This document shows, one piece after another, positions 22,525 through 24,453 of a stretch of DNA of 24,453 bases (positions within the stretch are counted from its first letter, which is position 1; the number at the start of each line of letters is the position of its first letter). The notes below the pieces were generated by a model. That model was given only the letters and a program-made list of their open reading frames with translations, did not search any database and was not told the DNA's origin. The stretch lies in assembly GCA_041742355.1 (NCBI GenBank), contig JBGSIV010000003.1, positions 1 through 24,453 of the forward strand, read 5' to 3'. This DNA is from Candidatus Zixiibacteriota bacterium. Its GTDB lineage: Bacteria > Zixibacteria > MSB-5A5 > GN15 > FEB-12. A program made the position numbers and the translations under genes.

Positions 22525-24453
22525 CCAGCCCCCTCCTGCCGCCCGGGTACCGCCGCACAGCGTACCTCGGCCGCGGTGGCACGGCCGAGGTCCTGCGAGC
22601 CTGGAGCGATCGAGACCGGCGCGAGGTAGCCCTCAAGCTCCCGCTGGCCGATGCCTCGCCTGTCGATGATATCCCGTTCGCCGCCCTGGTCGAACGGGAA
22701 CGCGCCCTGATCGGCGCCTCCCGCTTCCCCGGCCTTGTCCGCATTCTCCACTCGTCCGTCGAACCACCGTTTATCGCCATGGAAATCTGCGCCGGGCCGA
22801 CCCTCGATACGCTTGGCCGCATCGACTCCCTCCCGCGCGCCCTGAACCTCCTCAGCGCTCTCGCGGTCGATCTCGAGTACCTGCGCGCGGCCGGTCTTGT
22901 CCACGGCGACCTGAAACCGCAGAATTTCTTCCTCCCTTCCAACTGGGAGTCCCTGCCGGATACCGCCCTCTTCTGGCTCAAGCTATCTGATTTCTCGCTG
23001 GGCAAGCGCGCCGATGAACCCGATGCCCTCCGCGTCGGCCTCGGCACCGTCGGCTTCATGGCGCCAGAGACCATCACCACCCAGACTGCGACCCATCGCA
23101 GCGACCTCTTCGCCCTCGGCGTCATCGCCTATACCATGCTCACCGGCGTCCATCCCTTCCTCGAGGGCGAGACCGACCCGGCTGTGATCAACAGCCGCTG
23201 CCGCGAGGACGATCCCGCGCCGATCGACCAAGTGCGCCCGGAAACCGGTTCTGCCCTCGCTGACCTTGTCTCTCGGCTCCTGGCTAAGCGCCCCGAGGAC
23301 CGTACCGCCACCGCGTGGCAAGTCTGTCTTGAACTGGAGAAATTCGGCGCCACCTACCCCTTCCGCAAAGCGCTGAGCGCCGTGCATCTGATCCCCCACG
23401 GCGCGACATTTGATGATATGCTGACTGCTGTTCCTGTCGACTGGGATCCCCACCGCGACTATCTGTCGACAATCTCTCTGCGCGATCCGGTCGGTCTCCG
23501 CCTCGTGCTTTCGGCCAACACACGCCGTGGCAACCTCGCCTACGACGGCAACCGCTTCCGCTTCAAATCTCGCCCTTACTGGCCGTGTCCCTTGCGCCGA
23601 CGCACGCTGCACTCTTTCGCCAACTCCCCGCGTGCGCACCGCAAAGCTCTGGTCAAAGCGGCAATCCTCGGAACGCCTGACTTCGCCCCCAGTCCAACCG
23701 ACACCGCCACGCTGCTGTTGCTCCCCTCGCTGCTCCGACCCGGCACCATCCGCAAGATCTCCGCAAGCAAGGCTCCAGTCGCGGAGAAGCGAGAGGATCA
23801 CATCGCCGCCACCCGCCTGTCGATTCAGGCCGGCGACCTCACCCGTGCCGAACGCTGCTGCTTCCAGGCCGCCACGCTCCTGCAGAAGGACCATCAGATC
23901 CGACCGGCCCTCACCCTGATAGACACCGTCCTTGATTTCGCGCTGCTGATTCATCGCGAATTCGATGTGGCCAAGTTGATTCGAATGAAGGGGGACATTC
24001 TCAAGAACGCCGGAGAGATCGACGCTGCCCATGCCGCTTATTGCCGGGTGATTGACCTGTACCAGGGGCGAACTCCGGATCTTCTCCTCGGCAAGACCTA
24101 CAATGCGATCGGCGACCTCTTCAAGTTGAAACAGCGATTCACCGAGGGGATTGCGGCCCTGGAGCAGGCGCTCGCAATCTACGAGGCGACGTCGAATCAA
24201 CTGGAGTTGTCCCACACGTATAACAACATCGGCAATATGTACTATATCGCCGGCAACCGCACCGAGGCGCTCCGTCAGTACCGCCGCGCTCTGCGCACCC
24301 AGCGTCGTCTCAACGCCACCGCCCAGGTTGCATCCACGCTCAACAACCTCGGCGGCGTCATGGCGATGACCGGTCGGCTCACTCGCGCTGCCCGCCTCCT
24401 CCTGCTGTCGCTCGGTCTGAAACGCACTCTTAGCGACACCGGCGAGATCGCCC
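22521..24453 (+). CDS. Ser/Thr protein kinase with TPR repeats (3'-truncated by window edge)
   Basis: Not in the ORF track because no stop lies in the window. Manual translation from ATG 22521 (ATGA overlap) gives LGRGGTAEV, VALK, VHGDLKPQN, KLSDFSLG, GTVGFMAPE, SDLFALGV..Y.MLTG..PF and LLAKRPEDR, then TPRs (KTYNAIGDLF, HTYNNIGNMYY, STLNNLGGV). Confidence 0.9.
   Translation, partial: MTSPLLPPGYRRTAYLGRGGTAEVLRAWSDRDRREVALKLPLADASPVDDIPFAALVERERALIGASRFPGLVRILHSSVEPPFIAMEICAGPTLDTLGRIDSLPRALNLLSALAVDLEYLRAAGLVHGDLKPQNFFLPSNWESLPDTALFWLKLSDFSLGKRADEPDALRVGLGTVGFMAPETITTQTATHRSDLFALGVIAYTMLTGVHPFLEGETDPAVINSRCREDDPAPIDQVRPETGSALADLVSRLLAKRPEDRTATAWQVCLELEKFGATYPFRKALSAVHLIPHGATFDDMLTAVPVDWDPHRDYLSTISLRDPVGLRLVLSANTRRGNLAYDGNRFRFKSRPYWPCPLRRRTLHSFANSPRAHRKALVKAAILGTPDFAPSPTDTATLLLLPSLLRPGTIRKISASKAPVAEKREDHIAATRLSIQAGDLTRAERCCFQAATLLQKDHQIRPALTLIDTVLDFALLIHREFDVAKLIRMKGDILKNAGEIDAAHAAYCRVIDLYQGRTPDLLLGKTYNAIGDLFKLKQRFTEGIAALEQALAIYEATSNQLELSHTYNNIGNMYYIAGNRTEALRQYRRALRTQRRLNATAQVASTLNNLGGVMAMTGRLTRAARLLLLSLGLKRTLSDTGEIA

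Noticed and set aside
22983..24215. 410-aa minus-strand ORF, the longest track call in this region
   Set aside because: The plus-strand frame from 22521 encodes a clear kinase-TPR protein; this ORF is its shadow.

Overview
GC-rich bacterial chromosomal window. The C-terminal dockerin-like module on the secreted protein at 10183-11286 suggests Candidatus Zixibacteria or a related FCB lineage (inference). Left to right: (1) the tail of a repeat array (a conserved CAAA(A)CGAACCCAA motif alternating with hairpins), a citryl-CoA lyase-family gene, a REP-like hairpin cluster and a lipoprotein resembling an inactive MA-clan peptidase. (2) A tightly coupled 9-gene redox operon (2585-9627): P-loop NTPase, Vor-type 2-oxoacid:ferredoxin oxidoreductase delta/alpha/beta/gamma subunits, then a HydC/HydB/short-HydA (BfuCBA-type) flavin/Fe-S module and a 4x[4Fe-4S] small subunit. 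No hydrogenase, FDH or AOR catalytic subunit follows. This is the best candidate for a poorly described system: an oxoacid-oxidoreductase-linked electron-bifurcating complex, possibly NADP-preferring. (3) A repeat-rich fold-back intergenic element, then a beta-helix/dockerin surface protein whose sigma70-like promoter has a C12 tract in its spacer (candidate phase variation). (4) A long signalling cluster: RsbV/RsbW/membrane RsbU-like partner switch with no sigma factor, NUDIX hydrolase, NtrY/NtrX-like two-component pair, sigma54-promoted Omp85-like barrel with a bactofilin-like domain, DUF4390-like protein, GAF-PAS histidine kinase, and a Ser/Thr kinase-TPR protein running off the right edge (missing from the ORF track). 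No rRNA, tRNA, CRISPR or transposase was recognised. All assignments come from reading motifs by eye; no database searches were run.
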